From the NCBI GenBank assembly GCA_028534125.1, contig CM052816.1, positions 92,010,001 to 92,074,000 on the forward strand: a DNA stretch of 64,000 nucleotides. Direction: 5' to 3'. The DNA is from Lama glama. Lineage: Eukaryota. The notes beneath the pieces are model-generated. The model was given only the letters and a program-made list of their open reading frames with translations, had not been told where the DNA came from and searched no databases. Of the stretch, positions 25,880 to 37,590 are shown piece after piece. The position numbers and the translations under genes are program-made. Each line of letters opens with the position of its first letter. The stretch's first letter is position 1.

Positions 25880-26365
25880 TGTGCCAGTTAGCTTTCCTGG
25901 CAAAATAAACTAACTCACAACCTAGCAGCTTACAACAACAACATCTATTTAGTCCACAATTCCATGGATCAGCCGAGTGAGTCTTCTGTTCTGGGCTGAC
26001 TTGGCTGACCTCGACTGAGCCCGACATGTGCATGTAGTCTATTGGCTCGTTAGCTGGTGGCTGGATGGTCTCGGCTGGCTTCACTGAGCTGTCTGGTACT
26101 TGGCATTGGTGGTTCTTAGCGACAGGAGTGATGGGCTGTGTTGAGTCTCCCAACCAGCAGGATGGCCCCAGCTTCCTTGAATAGTGGTTTCAGGCTCCAG
26201 GAGAGGAGCCCTTGAGGAGGCCTTGGCTTGGCCCTTGTGCTGCCTCTTATGGGCTGAAGCCAGTCATCAGGATAACCCAGACTTAAGGGCAAGGGAAAGA
26301 GACCCCACCTCTTCACGGGAGGAGGAGCCAGAAAACAAAAGGCCATTTTTTGCTATTTATCACAA
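25880..26365 (-). mobile_element. Old MaLR LTR (MLT1F/G/H-like)
   Basis: ctcacaacctagcagcttacaacaacaacatctattt...gaccccacctcttcacgggagg...ggccattttttgc. Confidence 0.75.
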
Positions 26366-26984
26366 ATTTTCTGACTCATTTTCCAATTCAATGACTAGTC
26401 CCAAAAGCTTAGTAAAACTGTGTATCAGTAAACGAGACATGGAGACATTCACTCTAAACTACCTGTGACATTTTGTTTTCTAAACAAATAATGGAAGAAA
26501 AATGTTATGCACAATTCTGCCAACTGATTCTGAGTTACCAATGCAAATTGTTTAAAGACAAGTGAGAAAATAAACCTTTAAATGTGTTCTCTTTTTAAAC
26601 CTCAAATAATTAATAACAATAATTAATAACTCCGATTCAATACCCTCAACAGAGCAATTAAGACTTTTTAGCCTTTTGGAGGTTGGGAAAAGCTGAGATG
26701 GAGCCCAGAAAGTGAAACGGTCTTTCCCCATCCAGCAACAGTTTCTGGATTCTCTCCTCACACTCACACTCCCTCTTCGAACCTCTTTGCTGATTCACAG
26801 TTCACCTGATAGTCCAATTCGCCTGACCTTATTGATCTAACCACCCCAATACACGTATAATCCCAACTTTGCATTCTAATAAGTGCTCTATCTAAAGTAT
26901 TTTTGGAATACTGATTATTGTTTCCAGTGTTGTTACAGTAATTATTTAGAAATGGTATGATTAATATGATACATCCTCGCTAAC

Positions 26985-27290
26985 TTTTATTTGTGTTCTT
27001 TCTGATGATAGCCATTCCGACAGGTGTGAGGTGAAGTCTTATTGGAGTTTAATTTGCATTTCTCTGATAATGATGTTGAGCATCTTTTCATGTGCCTGTT
27101 GGCCATCTGAATGTCTTCTTTGGAAAAATGTCTCTTCAAGTCTTCTGCCCAGTTTTTAATCAGGTTTGTATTGTTGAAGTCGAGTTGTCTGAGCTGTTCA
27201 TGTATTTTGCATATTAACCCCTTGTCATTCATATTATTTGCAGGTATTTTCTCCTATTCAGTAGGTTGTCTGTTTGCTTTGTCAGTAGAT
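26985..27290 (-). mobile_element. LINE-1 ORF2 fragment
   Basis: ORF track peptide [11 protein letters not shown]...[29 protein letters not shown]. Confidence 0.9.
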
Positions 27291-27483
27291 AAGTTCTGTG
27301 GGAAGTTTTCTGGCTAGCCATAACTTAACTTCACATAGCACAAATGGAAATTCCATAAAGTATGTTTCAGGATTTAAAGGTACCACTGTTTCAAAGGTTA
27401 GTTTAATTATTATTATCTAAATAACATTTATGTCAGTGTCTGAGTAGGTACACTGTATCAGAGAGCACTTCATCTGAATTTTC

Positions 27484-27539
27484 AATCTAGCCTATGTGGC
27501 AGTGAGCAAAAAATCTAGCCTATGTGGCAGTGAGCAAAA
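27484..27539. repeat. Perfect 28-bp tandem duplication
   Basis: aatctagcctatgtggcagtgagcaaaa occurs twice in a row. Confidence 0.95.
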
Positions 27540-27567
27540 AAACTCATTCATATAAAAAAAAATTTAC

Positions 27568-27887
27568 AGAAAGGTGGACTGCCACACACAGCGCCTCATC
27601 TGTGTCTGGAGTCTTGGAAGCTTGACTACCTGATGTTCTTCTACAAATGGAACTTGAGAACTTGTGTGAAGCTTCAGGGGAGCATCTACTCCTATACTCT
27701 TGACTGAATGGTGGTCTTCCTCTATTGAAGAAGGTTGTCCTCTTTTACAGAGCATGCAGCTTCAGGAAGGATGCACATGGAGTGGTGAGAGAGGAAGGGG
27801 TCCCCCACTTAGCCAGCTAGATCAGCCAAATTAACCCTACTATCAATGGGATGACAGATGTCACAGCCAGATCGTCTTAAACCATCC
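27568..27887 (-). pseudogene. RN7SK: Full-length decayed 7SK snRNA retrocopy
   Basis: The reverse complement begins GGATG...ACGATCTGGCTGTGACATCTGTCATCCCATTGAT, contains GTAGTCAAGCTTCCAAGACTCCAGACACA and ends GAGGCGCTGTGTGTGGCAGTCCACCTTTCT. It is collinear with 7SK over ~320 nt, with many CpG-type substitutions. Confidence 0.95.
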
Positions 27888-27899
27888 ATAAAAATGTTT

Positions 27900-28050
27900 T
27901 TTAAGACTAGGAAACACACTTACAACACATGTTTTATAAAGGTCCAGTATGCACACAAGAAGTCCTATAAATCAATAATTAAAGCATGATCAACCCTATT
28001 AAAAATGGGCAAAAGATTACTAAAGAATATGTGTGAATAACCAATGAATA
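27900..28050 (+). mobile_element. Old LINE-1 fragment
   Basis: agaagtcctataaatcaataat...caaccctattaaaaatgggcaaaaga. Confidence 0.65.
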
Positions 28051-28890
28051 CCTGAAGCTGTACTCATCATGGTAGGAATTCCATGTCCCTGAGCTCATTG
28101 CTACTTTTCATCTGTTGTAAAATGAGTTCCTTGATCATAGTCAACACTGTGTAGAAATTATAATAATGAATAAGGCTTCTGTGAGCCCACAGATGGTAGT
28201 TTGGCAAAAGCATTACAAATAGAGAAGACAAAAATCCCTATTCAGAATAAATGTCTATTTCAGTGAGAGCTAAGCCCTGTCCTTTTCATGATGGAATCAG
28301 TCCTGCCATTGCCAGGTGTCTGACTGATGCCCTAGGGAAGTGGTGCCACCAGTGGCTTAGTGTCATCTTTACTGTTGACACGTGGTGCACTCAGGAATGG
28401 CCAGAGTAAGATCAGCTTTGGAAATACATCTTTTTGATCCCATGCATACCTTTGATCCTGCTGCCTTGGATGGACTGCATATCCTGGGCAAAGACACAGG
28501 AGGCCTGGCAAAGGGGTTGATTGATGTCTGCAGAAGAAGTCATTTTGCTCACCCAGTTATTATATTACTCTGCTCTTTGTTGAGCACCCATGGGATACAA
28601 GTATCTTCAAAATCTGTGCCTATTCAGAAAAGTCTATCTAAATATCTCTTCCCCATACCTCCCTACCACCCTTTTCCTAATCATCTTCCTTCTAAGTCCC
28701 TGACCATCTAACCAAACTATTAACCACTACCCATAAATCAATGTAGATCTGAATCTCTGGCCTCTCCTTCCAGGCAAACTGAACAACCACACATAGTGAT
28801 CAGGGTTACACTCACCAGGAGCATTTTTCATCATCGGTGTCCCTCAAGTAAAATGCTCCAACCGTCTACATTCAGCCAGTGCTAGACTGC

Positions 28891-31148
28891 TGTTGGGAGA
28901 CACTTCTCTATCGATCTTTTACATTTCTGTATCTCTTGTGAGAAGAGGCATTGATGGCCTTTGTTCTAGACTATATTTTAAAGGATGTTTACATAGTAAA
29001 CAACCTTGAAATATAGAGATGATGTCTCCATCCAGAGCAGAGGGCATGTTTGTTTACTGTCTCTCAATAACAGTGAGGGTTCCGAAGTTGTACCTAAGTT
29101 TTCCTGCCACTGTTTCATGTAAAGCAGGCATGCTCCTGGGTCAGGCCAACTATGTTCTTGAACATGACATTTCCATTTGAAAATTGAGACTTATTGGGCC
29201 CTTCTTCCCTGATTAGTCATTAAGTCCAAGATGACCCAACCTTAAATGGGAATATCAGGCTTGTAGGGGAGAGGTTACAAGATCTCCATTTGGCTTTGAC
29301 CAGAGGCCATTGGTAAGCTGATGAGTACTTTGCAAAATGGAAGCCAAGTCAGGGAGGCAAGGAGTTGAAATCCTGAGAAATACCCATAAATGGAGGCTGC
29401 TTCCCTTTACTAGAAGGTACTGTTAGTCACAAAGACCTGTGGTTTAAAGGTATCATTAGGGTTGTGGGGACCCAAAGGTAAAAAGCATGCCACAACTTGC
29501 TAGATGACTTCCTCTGCAGTCTGTTGGTTTGGCTGCCACTCAAAACATGCTGATCTGGGGATTGAAAGATACAAAGGACTAAGCAGAATGCCCAAGTGAG
29601 ACAATATTACCCAATACCTAAAGAATCCAATATGGTGCTAGGACTTTTTGCTGCTGTGGAGATTGAAGAGAGAGCCGTATTTCCTTACCTGCCATAGAGA
29701 CTGAGCATTGTGAATCTTTTGCCTTCAAGTTCCAAGAAACGACCTGGCAAGCAAGGCCCTGGATTTTTTTGAGGTTTATCAACCACCGCCGATAGTTGAA
29801 GTGTGATAACTACCAGAGTCAGGGTAATTTCAACTGGACTCTGACTTGCCGACCAACCTCAGAGGTTAAGAGGCATTCACTGTAAATCCCGACTCTTCAC
29901 TGGTGGCAAGAGTCAGGGGATTTTGTGCCACTAGTACCTCTCTACTTGTGACTCTCTTGATTGAGAGGACCTCTTATGGTACTTATGGGATGCATCAACA
30001 TAGCAATTGCTATGACACATTCAGGTGTAGAAGCAACTGCAATAGTACATTGGATTAGCCCAAGAGGCCTCATCCACAGCATCCTTTCCCTTCCCAGAGT
30101 TTTCCTGTAAACTCAGAGGGTTGCATGTGGCCTTTAGTACAGTTTGGAAATCAAGAGTCCTTAGCCTCACTTCTAATCATCTTTCTCTTAAAGCATTTAA
30201 CATTGCATGGATGGAGAGGCAGGAATGGGACATAGAAATGGAGAGAGCTCCATGCCAGTAAGGAAGGCAGGTTTACTTTCCCATTTGTCCAACCTGGAGG
30301 CCACTATGGCTCAACCAAATTAACTTCTAGTGTTTTCAATCCACCCAGAGCTCTTCATTCTTGTTACTAACACCAGTATTTCTACCCTGGAGACTCCTTG
30401 ACTCAGCAGCCATAGTCACATTGCCTTTCGCCTGGAGTCTCAGGACTTGTCGCCCAGTTGCCATGATAAGTGCCTGTTCTTTCTCTCCCCAAGTGAGAGC
30501 AAGTAAAACCCAGGCACCATTCAAGACTCATTTTAATTCTAGTGTTCACCCTCTAAACATTCGTCAACAGGTAGTCAAATGGAGGACCCTTATTCTACAC
30601 CTTTCCTGTGGCTTAGTTGAGAATGTTTGCTACTGGATCATAGGAAGTCGTCTCAGATTCCCTAATCAAGCCTGCTAGGTTCTCTTCCAGAAAGACATGT
30701 CTCTGTCAGCATCCCATCTTCATCTCCAAAAACTTACAGGAATATGAAAAGTCTGAGATTATTCTGAGCTTGTAACCTAAGAAATTGGTCTGCAGTGGTT
30801 TCATGAACGTTGGCAGAAGACTTGAGTTTCCTGGGTCTTCATGAGCTTCATGTCTGCATCAATTTTCCTTGGCCCCAGGTCCCACTGGGGCATCATGAAG
30901 CAGCTTAAGTGAATGTTGCTCATGTATTGAATTTGTGTCACAGCTGAGGAACCCCGAGTTTAGGGAACCCAAGTATTTTATCATGGGCTGCAAGCAAACT
31001 TGCCTGAACTTTACCCTAGAGGGAGACATGACCTTTATTTTACCTGACAGTGTTGGGAGACAGTTTTCTCACATTTCTGCATACCTTGCTATCAATGACA
31101 CTGACAGCCTTTCTTCTGGAACATCTTTTTGAGAATGCTCCATGTAAC
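28891..31148. mobile_element. LTR47/MER76-type class III provirus with apparent internal inversion
   Basis: LTR start tgttgggagaca on + at both 28891 and 31051. The remainder of the LTR is on - at ~31050-30733, followed by a tRNA-Ser-like primer binding site (PBS) TGGAGATGAAGATGGGAT on - at 30728-30711. Confidence 0.75.
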
Positions 31149-31799
31149 ATCCCTATGTGCCACAGATAAAATGACAGAAAAGATTTCAGGTGAGCTGGAC
31201 ATATTATACGGTATTCTCTTATTTTGGTCCCACTCAAAATTTGTAGCTTTTTGATTTCCTCAGTAAATGGGTCAGAACATGCACCCAAATTAAGCATATG
31301 TTAGTTACCTCAAGGATCCTAGGCCCCTTGCCTCCCTCTTAGTGTCAAAAGGGACAGTTGCAACAACTTGTCATTCACTCTGGAATAGTTGCATTGATGT
31401 TCCTCAGACTGCTAGATTCCTAGAAATTCCACTAATTCCATGCAGAGCCATGCATTTTTATGGAACTTTTTCCCACCCTCAGGCAAACATGTATTTTACC
31501 AAGCGCAGTTTTCACTTCCTACTCTCTAGGTCCAACCAGCATGGTATCATCCATGTAATGGGTCATCATGAAGTCTCGTGGAACAGAGTTGATTTAGCTT
31601 TCTGTGGATTAGATTCTGACATAGAGCTAGAGCGTTGATGTAGTTGGAGCTTGGGGAATACAGTAAGTGTATTGCTGTCTGTGTCAGGTGAAAGAAAATT
31701 GCTTCTGATGGTTTTACTAAGAGGTATAGAGAAAAAAGAACAATTGCCAGATCAATAACTGCATAGCAGGTGCCAGGGGATGTTTGATTTGCTCCAAAA

Positions 31800-32025
31800 C
31801 AATAGTTATTGATGGAGTAGCTGAGGGGAGATTTGACACCCAGAAGCTGTTGGCCATATCTGAAAACACTTTTTGGTTGTCACAGCTGAAGTTGGGGGTG
31901 ATAATGGCATCTAGTGGGTAAAAGCTAGGGATGCTGCTAAACATTCTATGATGTGTAGACCACGCTCTCCCAACACAGAGTCATCTGGTCCAAAGTGTCA
32001 ACAGTGCCAAGACTGAGAAACCACG
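31800..32025 (+). mobile_element. MER20 (hAT-Charlie) DNA transposon
   Basis: tttttggttgtcacagct...ggcatctagtgggtaaagctagggatgctgctaaacattcta...gtgtcaacagtgccaagactgagaaacc. Confidence 0.88.
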
Positions 32026-32699
32026 ATCTAGAGCAAAATTGGAAGAGGAACAAAGCTGCTGTTAAAGTCAAATCCTGCTTTAGTTTATGATAATCCACTG
32101 TCATCTTCCAAGATTCAGCTAACTTCTGAACAGCCCAAATAGATTAAGTCAAAATGGACTATGGTAATAATCACCACCTTGAATCTTTCAAGTCCTTGAT
32201 GATGGCACAAGTCTCTTCAGTGCTTCCAAAAATATATTACCTCTTTTGGTTTATTAATTAATTAGGTAGAGGCAGTTCCAGATGCTTCCCCTTGGCCTTT
32301 CCTACCAGACCAGTCATCCCTCCAGAGATCAAGAAACCCAAATGGAGCTTCTGTCAGTTGTTGACTGTGCCTATTCTAATTTGGCATTCTAGAACTGGGG
32401 AAATAACCACAGAATGGACTCAGGGACCCACTGGACCATTTGTTAATTGTAACCTTTATATTGAAGACATGGAGTACTACAGTGGATTTATAGTGTAAGA
32501 TCTGTTCACCAGTCTCCTATATATGTCCCCTGAGGATATATTCTCTTTAATGAGACTGTGAGAAATATATCTGTGGGAAGCCTTGGTATCCTTGAAAAGC
32601 TGTGTGGCTTTTGTTTTCTGTAGACCAAAAATAACAGCAGGAATGGATGTCTCAAACTAGCCTCTCTAAATCAGTGGGGATTCAGGAGTCCTGGGGAAA

Positions 32700-33420
32700 T
32701 CTCTGAGACTGACATAAACACAAACTCTGTTGTTTATCTGACCTCCATAAGCAGCTACTTTGACTGGTAAAGAAGTAATTTTGAAAGTGGATATTTGGAA
32801 AAATGTCCTTTGTGTTGTGCTTCTGTTGCCAAAAAATGATGTAAAGGTGTCACTGATAAAGGCTCATATTTGCACATTAAAAACGGAAACAAAACTTCTA
32901 AACTACTTAAAAAGCATCCCAAGAATTTTAGGAAGTCTTAAAACCACTTGAAGATGTAACACATTTTTATTACACTGACAATAAGTGATGGCCATCTTGA
33001 AAGTTGACTACTAGCTAAACTGTAACAACAAATGACAAAATTGGAAATGGACTGAGAAATAGCAGCAAATAATTGCAAAGTATAGCAGGATTTTCTGACA
33101 ATGGCAACATGAGATTTTTGGTCATAAATTTTGTCTCTTACTTTTATGAAGGATGATTTAAAATATAGTAATCTTCAAAACTAAGTAACATCATGAAGTC
33201 AAATTAGAATAGGTCCTTTGAATTACTATTCTATCACAAGTGTTGAGATAAAATTTTCAGAAAATCACATTAATTTCATCAGGAGTATAATAAAAGCAGA
33301 TGTTTTTAGTTTTGTTTATGTGTTATAAATTATATGCATATGAATATGATTATAAATATATGTACTTTATAAACACATAAATATTTTTAGAGGAGATTCA
33401 TGTTAAACATTTGGAAGTGT
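32700..33420 (+). mobile_element. Probable hAT-Charlie-type DNA transposon relic
   Basis: AT-rich, transposase-like texture; a possible terminus (cttttggaaacaact) resumes after the MLT1 at ~33880-33897. Confidence 0.4.
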
Positions 33421-33421
33421 A

Positions 33422-33870
33422 TGTGTTGGTTTCCTAGGGCTGTTGTAACAAAGTACCACAAACCAAATGGCTTAAAAAAACAGAAATTTATTGTCTCACA
33501 GTTCAGGATTCTGAAATTTGGAAATCAAGATATTGGCAGTCCTATGGTCCCTCTGAAACTTGCAGGGGAAAACCTGTCTTGCTTCTTCCTAACTTCTGCT
33601 GATTTGCTGGCGATCCTCGACTCGCAGCTGCAACACTTCAGAACGTGCCTCCATCATCACATGGCATTCTCGCCTTGTGTGTCTATGTCTCCTCTTATTA
33701 CAAAGACATCAATCATTTTGGGTTAAGGGCATACCCTACTCCAATATGACCTCACATCTTAATTAAAAACATCTGTAATGACCCTGTTTCTAAATAATAT
33801 CACATTGTAAGGTGCCCAAAGTTAGGATTTCAACCTATCTTTTGAGGGGACAAATTCAACCTGTAATACT
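33422..33870 (-). mobile_element. MaLR solo LTR (MLT1B/C-like)
   Basis: tttcctagggctgttgtaacaaagtaccacaaacc...cagaaatttattgtctcacagttc...ccctactccaatatgacctcacatcttaatt...ggggacaaattcaacc. Confidence 0.88.
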
Positions 33871-33929
33871 ATGGTCAGAACTTTTGGAAACAACTCTCCT
33901 ATAGCTTTTTATTTCTAAGACTGTTCAGT

Positions 33930-34914
33930 TTCTGAAAGCTCTGTTGTAAATATGCCCCTGTCTTATTTCCTCCTCCTCTTCACTCATTCTGGCATTCCTA
34001 TCATCAAAATGTTGTACACTATCTAGTGCTTCAGTCCATAGCCCTATCCCTTTTTCATTACCCATCAGAAACTTTATGGTTTTGCTCCTCTCCTTACTGC
34101 ATATTCTACAACTGCAATCACAGTGTTGTAAAGAGTCCTTCCTTCCTCTCTTCCAGTTAACAAACTCAGAACCCAAACATATTTAACCCTACTCTTCCCT
34201 TGGCACTTATATCTGGGTAGGTAAATATTGATGCAATATAACAAAATCAAATTTATGGCCACAAATGTCAAATGGGAACTGTCAAACAATCCTGATATAT
34301 TTCTTTAGTCAATTTTCTTTCACACGTTCTGGGATCATTTCATACCTTCTTTTTCCCTTGAATCTCTACCATTTCCCCTACTCCCATCTGATTGTTATTT
34401 CACTGATAAAATGGAAGCAACCAAAAGAAATCATCATCTTTGCAAATCCACATTTACCATCATGTCTGTCTCTCTACTCACATTTGCTAGCTTCCAACTT
34501 GTACAGATGTTTAAATTGTCTGTGCTTTTGTCTGATCAGCTGGCGCAGTGGACTTAATTTCCTTTCATATCATCCACCTCTAAGATCATATCCTCTCTCA
34601 TCTTCCTCATCAATTTTACCTTCTCCCCTGTACCATTTCCATCAACATGTAAACGTTTTAAAACACTCCTTTGACTCACACCTCCCTTTTCTTGGTGTCC
34701 CATTGTTCCAGAGTCAGTAACAAGAAAGATCTTTACAATTCTTGTCTAAGCGTCCTGTCTTCATTTTTTCAGATTCCATTCTCTCCTCCACTTATTTTTC
34801 ACTCCAGTGAGGCTTTCTTTCCAAGCCTTTCACTAAACCAGATCTGATCAAGGACACCACTGACTTATACCTTCATATACCACAAAAAATTCAACATTAT
34901 CAAGCACTTTGATC
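33930..34914 (+). mobile_element. Decayed L2 fragment
   Basis: Pyrimidine-rich L2-like sequence (ccactccagtgaggctttc...tcaaggacaccactgactt). Confidence 0.45.
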
Positions 34915-35414
34915 NNNNNNNNNNNNNNNNNNNNNNNNNNNNNNNNNNNNNNNNNNNNNNNNNNNNNNNNNNNNNNNNNNNNNNNNNNNNNNNNNNNNNN
35001 NNNNNNNNNNNNNNNNNNNNNNNNNNNNNNNNNNNNNNNNNNNNNNNNNNNNNNNNNNNNNNNNNNNNNNNNNNNNNNNNNNNNNNNNNNNNNNNNNNNN
35101 NNNNNNNNNNNNNNNNNNNNNNNNNNNNNNNNNNNNNNNNNNNNNNNNNNNNNNNNNNNNNNNNNNNNNNNNNNNNNNNNNNNNNNNNNNNNNNNNNNNN
35201 NNNNNNNNNNNNNNNNNNNNNNNNNNNNNNNNNNNNNNNNNNNNNNNNNNNNNNNNNNNNNNNNNNNNNNNNNNNNNNNNNNNNNNNNNNNNNNNNNNNN
35301 NNNNNNNNNNNNNNNNNNNNNNNNNNNNNNNNNNNNNNNNNNNNNNNNNNNNNNNNNNNNNNNNNNNNNNNNNNNNNNNNNNNNNNNNNNNNNNNNNNNN
35401 NNNNNNNNNNNNNN
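34915..35414. other. Assembly gap (exactly 500 N)
   Basis: Run of N. Confidence 0.99.
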
Positions 35415-35954
35415 TGCATATTGTGTGTGAAAATGGCCTAAGATGAAAGATAAGCATTTTAGGTACAACTTAATATTAAAATTTCATAAAGTTCATTCTC
35501 CCTTCTCAATACACTCAGAGGTATCCTCTGATCTGCTAGAACTTTATGTAAAAAAAGGCATCCTTACAACATGGGAAGCCTTCTGCATTCCTTACTCAGG
35601 GTTCAGCCACCAATTGAGCTCCAAACCGCCGGAGAAATCTTCCTTTGGCAATCCTAGGACACTCCCCAAATGCTAGGCAGTATGCTTTAAAAGCACTTTA
35701 TTTGGGCCTTTGTAGCTGCTCTGGTCCCTTTTCTTATTTGAGTGAAGCTTCTGGCTGTCTGATTATTTTATCCCAGCATCTGGGCTAAATTACATCTTCT
35801 TTTAGGTATGTCATTTAAATCACCTTTCCTGTGCAGCCCCTTGTCAGGATATGCTCACCTGTAGGGGCCTAAAGAGATTGTATGCTGAAAATCCTGAGTT
35901 CTATGCCGATCCTAACTTCTGCTCTGGAGCCTGAGGCTAGATAATTCCACAAGT

Positions 35955-36480
35955 CAACATTTCAGCAAGTATTTATTGATTATTTGAAAAATCCTATGTA
36001 AGATACTCTGGGGGATACAGAGATGAATTTTAACCTACGTTCTCCAGAGATTTCATGAACCATCTGGAGAACGCACATGTGTTTGACTCGTCATGAGGCC
36101 GACTGATACAAGCCATGGTAGAAACACAATTTGAGGGGAATTCAGATGAGGTCCTAAAATACCCTTGGCATGTCAACTGTGATAATGGGGCCAGGAGGGC
36201 CTCAGCATGTGTTAGAGGCATGGAAGAATGACTAGTGCTATTGAAATAAGGTTTGCATACGTGTTTGGGGTACAAGCCTGGGAAAGAAGTTAGGAAACAA
36301 ATGACAAAGTGCTTTGAACTTCATCCTTTAGCTTGTGGCCCATGTTCTAATGGCAAGTATGACTCATACAAGTTTTGGGCAGGAGTGTAACGCTACCAGG
36401 CTTGTGTTTTATGAAGACAGTGCGTGTGGGGAAACAATTAAAGGAGAGAAAGCCTGGAAACTTGCTAATGAGTTGCTGTA
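35955..36480 (-). mobile_element. L2 3' end
   Basis: catttcagcaagtatttattga...ctggggatacagagatgaat...ttttgggcaggagtgtaac...tgtgttttatgaagac. Confidence 0.65.
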
Positions 36481-36489
36481 GAGAAGACC

Positions 36490-36960
36490 CGTTGTCTTTT
36501 GCCTTCAGCACAACATCAAGCACTCGTGACCTTTTCCTTTGAAAACAGCTCCTCGATTCCCCTTTGGGGACACCAGCGCTCCCAGCTGATGCACTTCAAG
36601 TGGCGCTGCCTCCAATCTTGGCTCCAGGTGTGGGCATGTGGCTTCTGTGGGCGGCATCAATCAAAAAAGTTTCTTCCCCTCACTAAAATGATTGGTTTTA
36701 CAATAAGTGTGTTAGGGTTCCCAAAAGAGAAGCAGAAGATTTTTCTTATTGGGATTGTACTTGGAAGCTAGAATTGACCACCACACAGTATGTGCTAAGT
36801 ATTGTGTTTTTAATAAATGAAGATAACCATTTGCCATGCAAAAATAAAAGAAAGTCTGAGAATGAAGCTTAAGCTGGGATGGAGCAAGAGAAATTGGGAC
36901 CTGGTGACATGGTCTGAGCACTGGAATCAAGCCTTGCTTAAAGCCCTCTCTACTCTAAGG
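36490..36960 (+). mobile_element. Old ERVL/MaLR LTR relic (LTR16/MLT1J-L-like)
   Basis: ggctccaggtgtgggcatgtg...cctggtgacatggtctgagcactggaatcaagccttgcttaaagcc. Confidence 0.5.
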
Positions 36961-37054
36961 CTTTTGCCAAGGAAAGACTCCTAACTTATAAAGTACCATG
37001 AAAAGTCAAGAAAGATGTGCTACTTCAGGGGTCTGGCTGCAAACATGGGCCCAC

Positions 37055-37590
37055 TTACATCAGTCAGCTATCGACAAAATTCTGTGTGACAAACCATCCC
37101 AAAACTCAATGGCTTAAAATAATAACCATTTATTCTTTTTCGCCTGTCTGTGAGTTGGCTGCAGGGTAGCTGAACCTGACTGAGATCAGCAGTGCGACTT
37201 TGCTTCAATCCGTGTGCTTGACCCTTCCTGACTCCTCACTGTAGCTCTGACTCGGGTCTGCTCCACATTTGTTTTTTCTGTAGTCTGTAATTGGGCAGTA
37301 GCAAAGTGGGTCAAGTTTTCATACTGAAGGCATAAACGTAAGGTGACAAGCCCCAAAATGTGAGCACCTGTCAAGCCTCTGCTGCTGTCACAGCTGCTAA
37401 ATTCGTTTTGGCCAAAAGCAAGACACATGGTTGAGCCCTAAGCCACGGCTCAGAGAAACACACTCTATATAAGACCAAAGTAAGACTCATATGGCCAAGC
37501 TCAACCTCAATGGTAAACATAAGTATGCTTTGTGTGTGAATGTGAAAAGGAGATTAAATAGTTTTGAACAAAAGTATATTCTGACATAGT
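37055..37590 (-). mobile_element. Old MaLR LTR (MLT1H/J-like)
   Basis: gtgacaaaccatcccaaaactcaatggcttaaaataataaccatttatt...ttggccaaaagcaagacacatgg. Confidence 0.78.

Larger units (their letters stand above)
28065..32700 (-). mobile_element. ERVL internal relic (pol/gag fragments), interrupted by an LTR47/MER76-type provirus and a MER20
   Basis: Segments 28065-28890, 31150-31795 and 32030-32700 resemble the ERVL internal sequence at 49300-52200 in the same orientation. Confidence 0.65.

Noticed and set aside
27484..27539. CRISPR-like direct repeat
   Set aside because: Only two adjacent copies with no spacer, in mammalian DNA; it is a simple tandem duplication. The same applies to 61158-61215.
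34848..35468. Long ORFs across gap 2
   Set aside because: They consist almost entirely of X residues from the N run.
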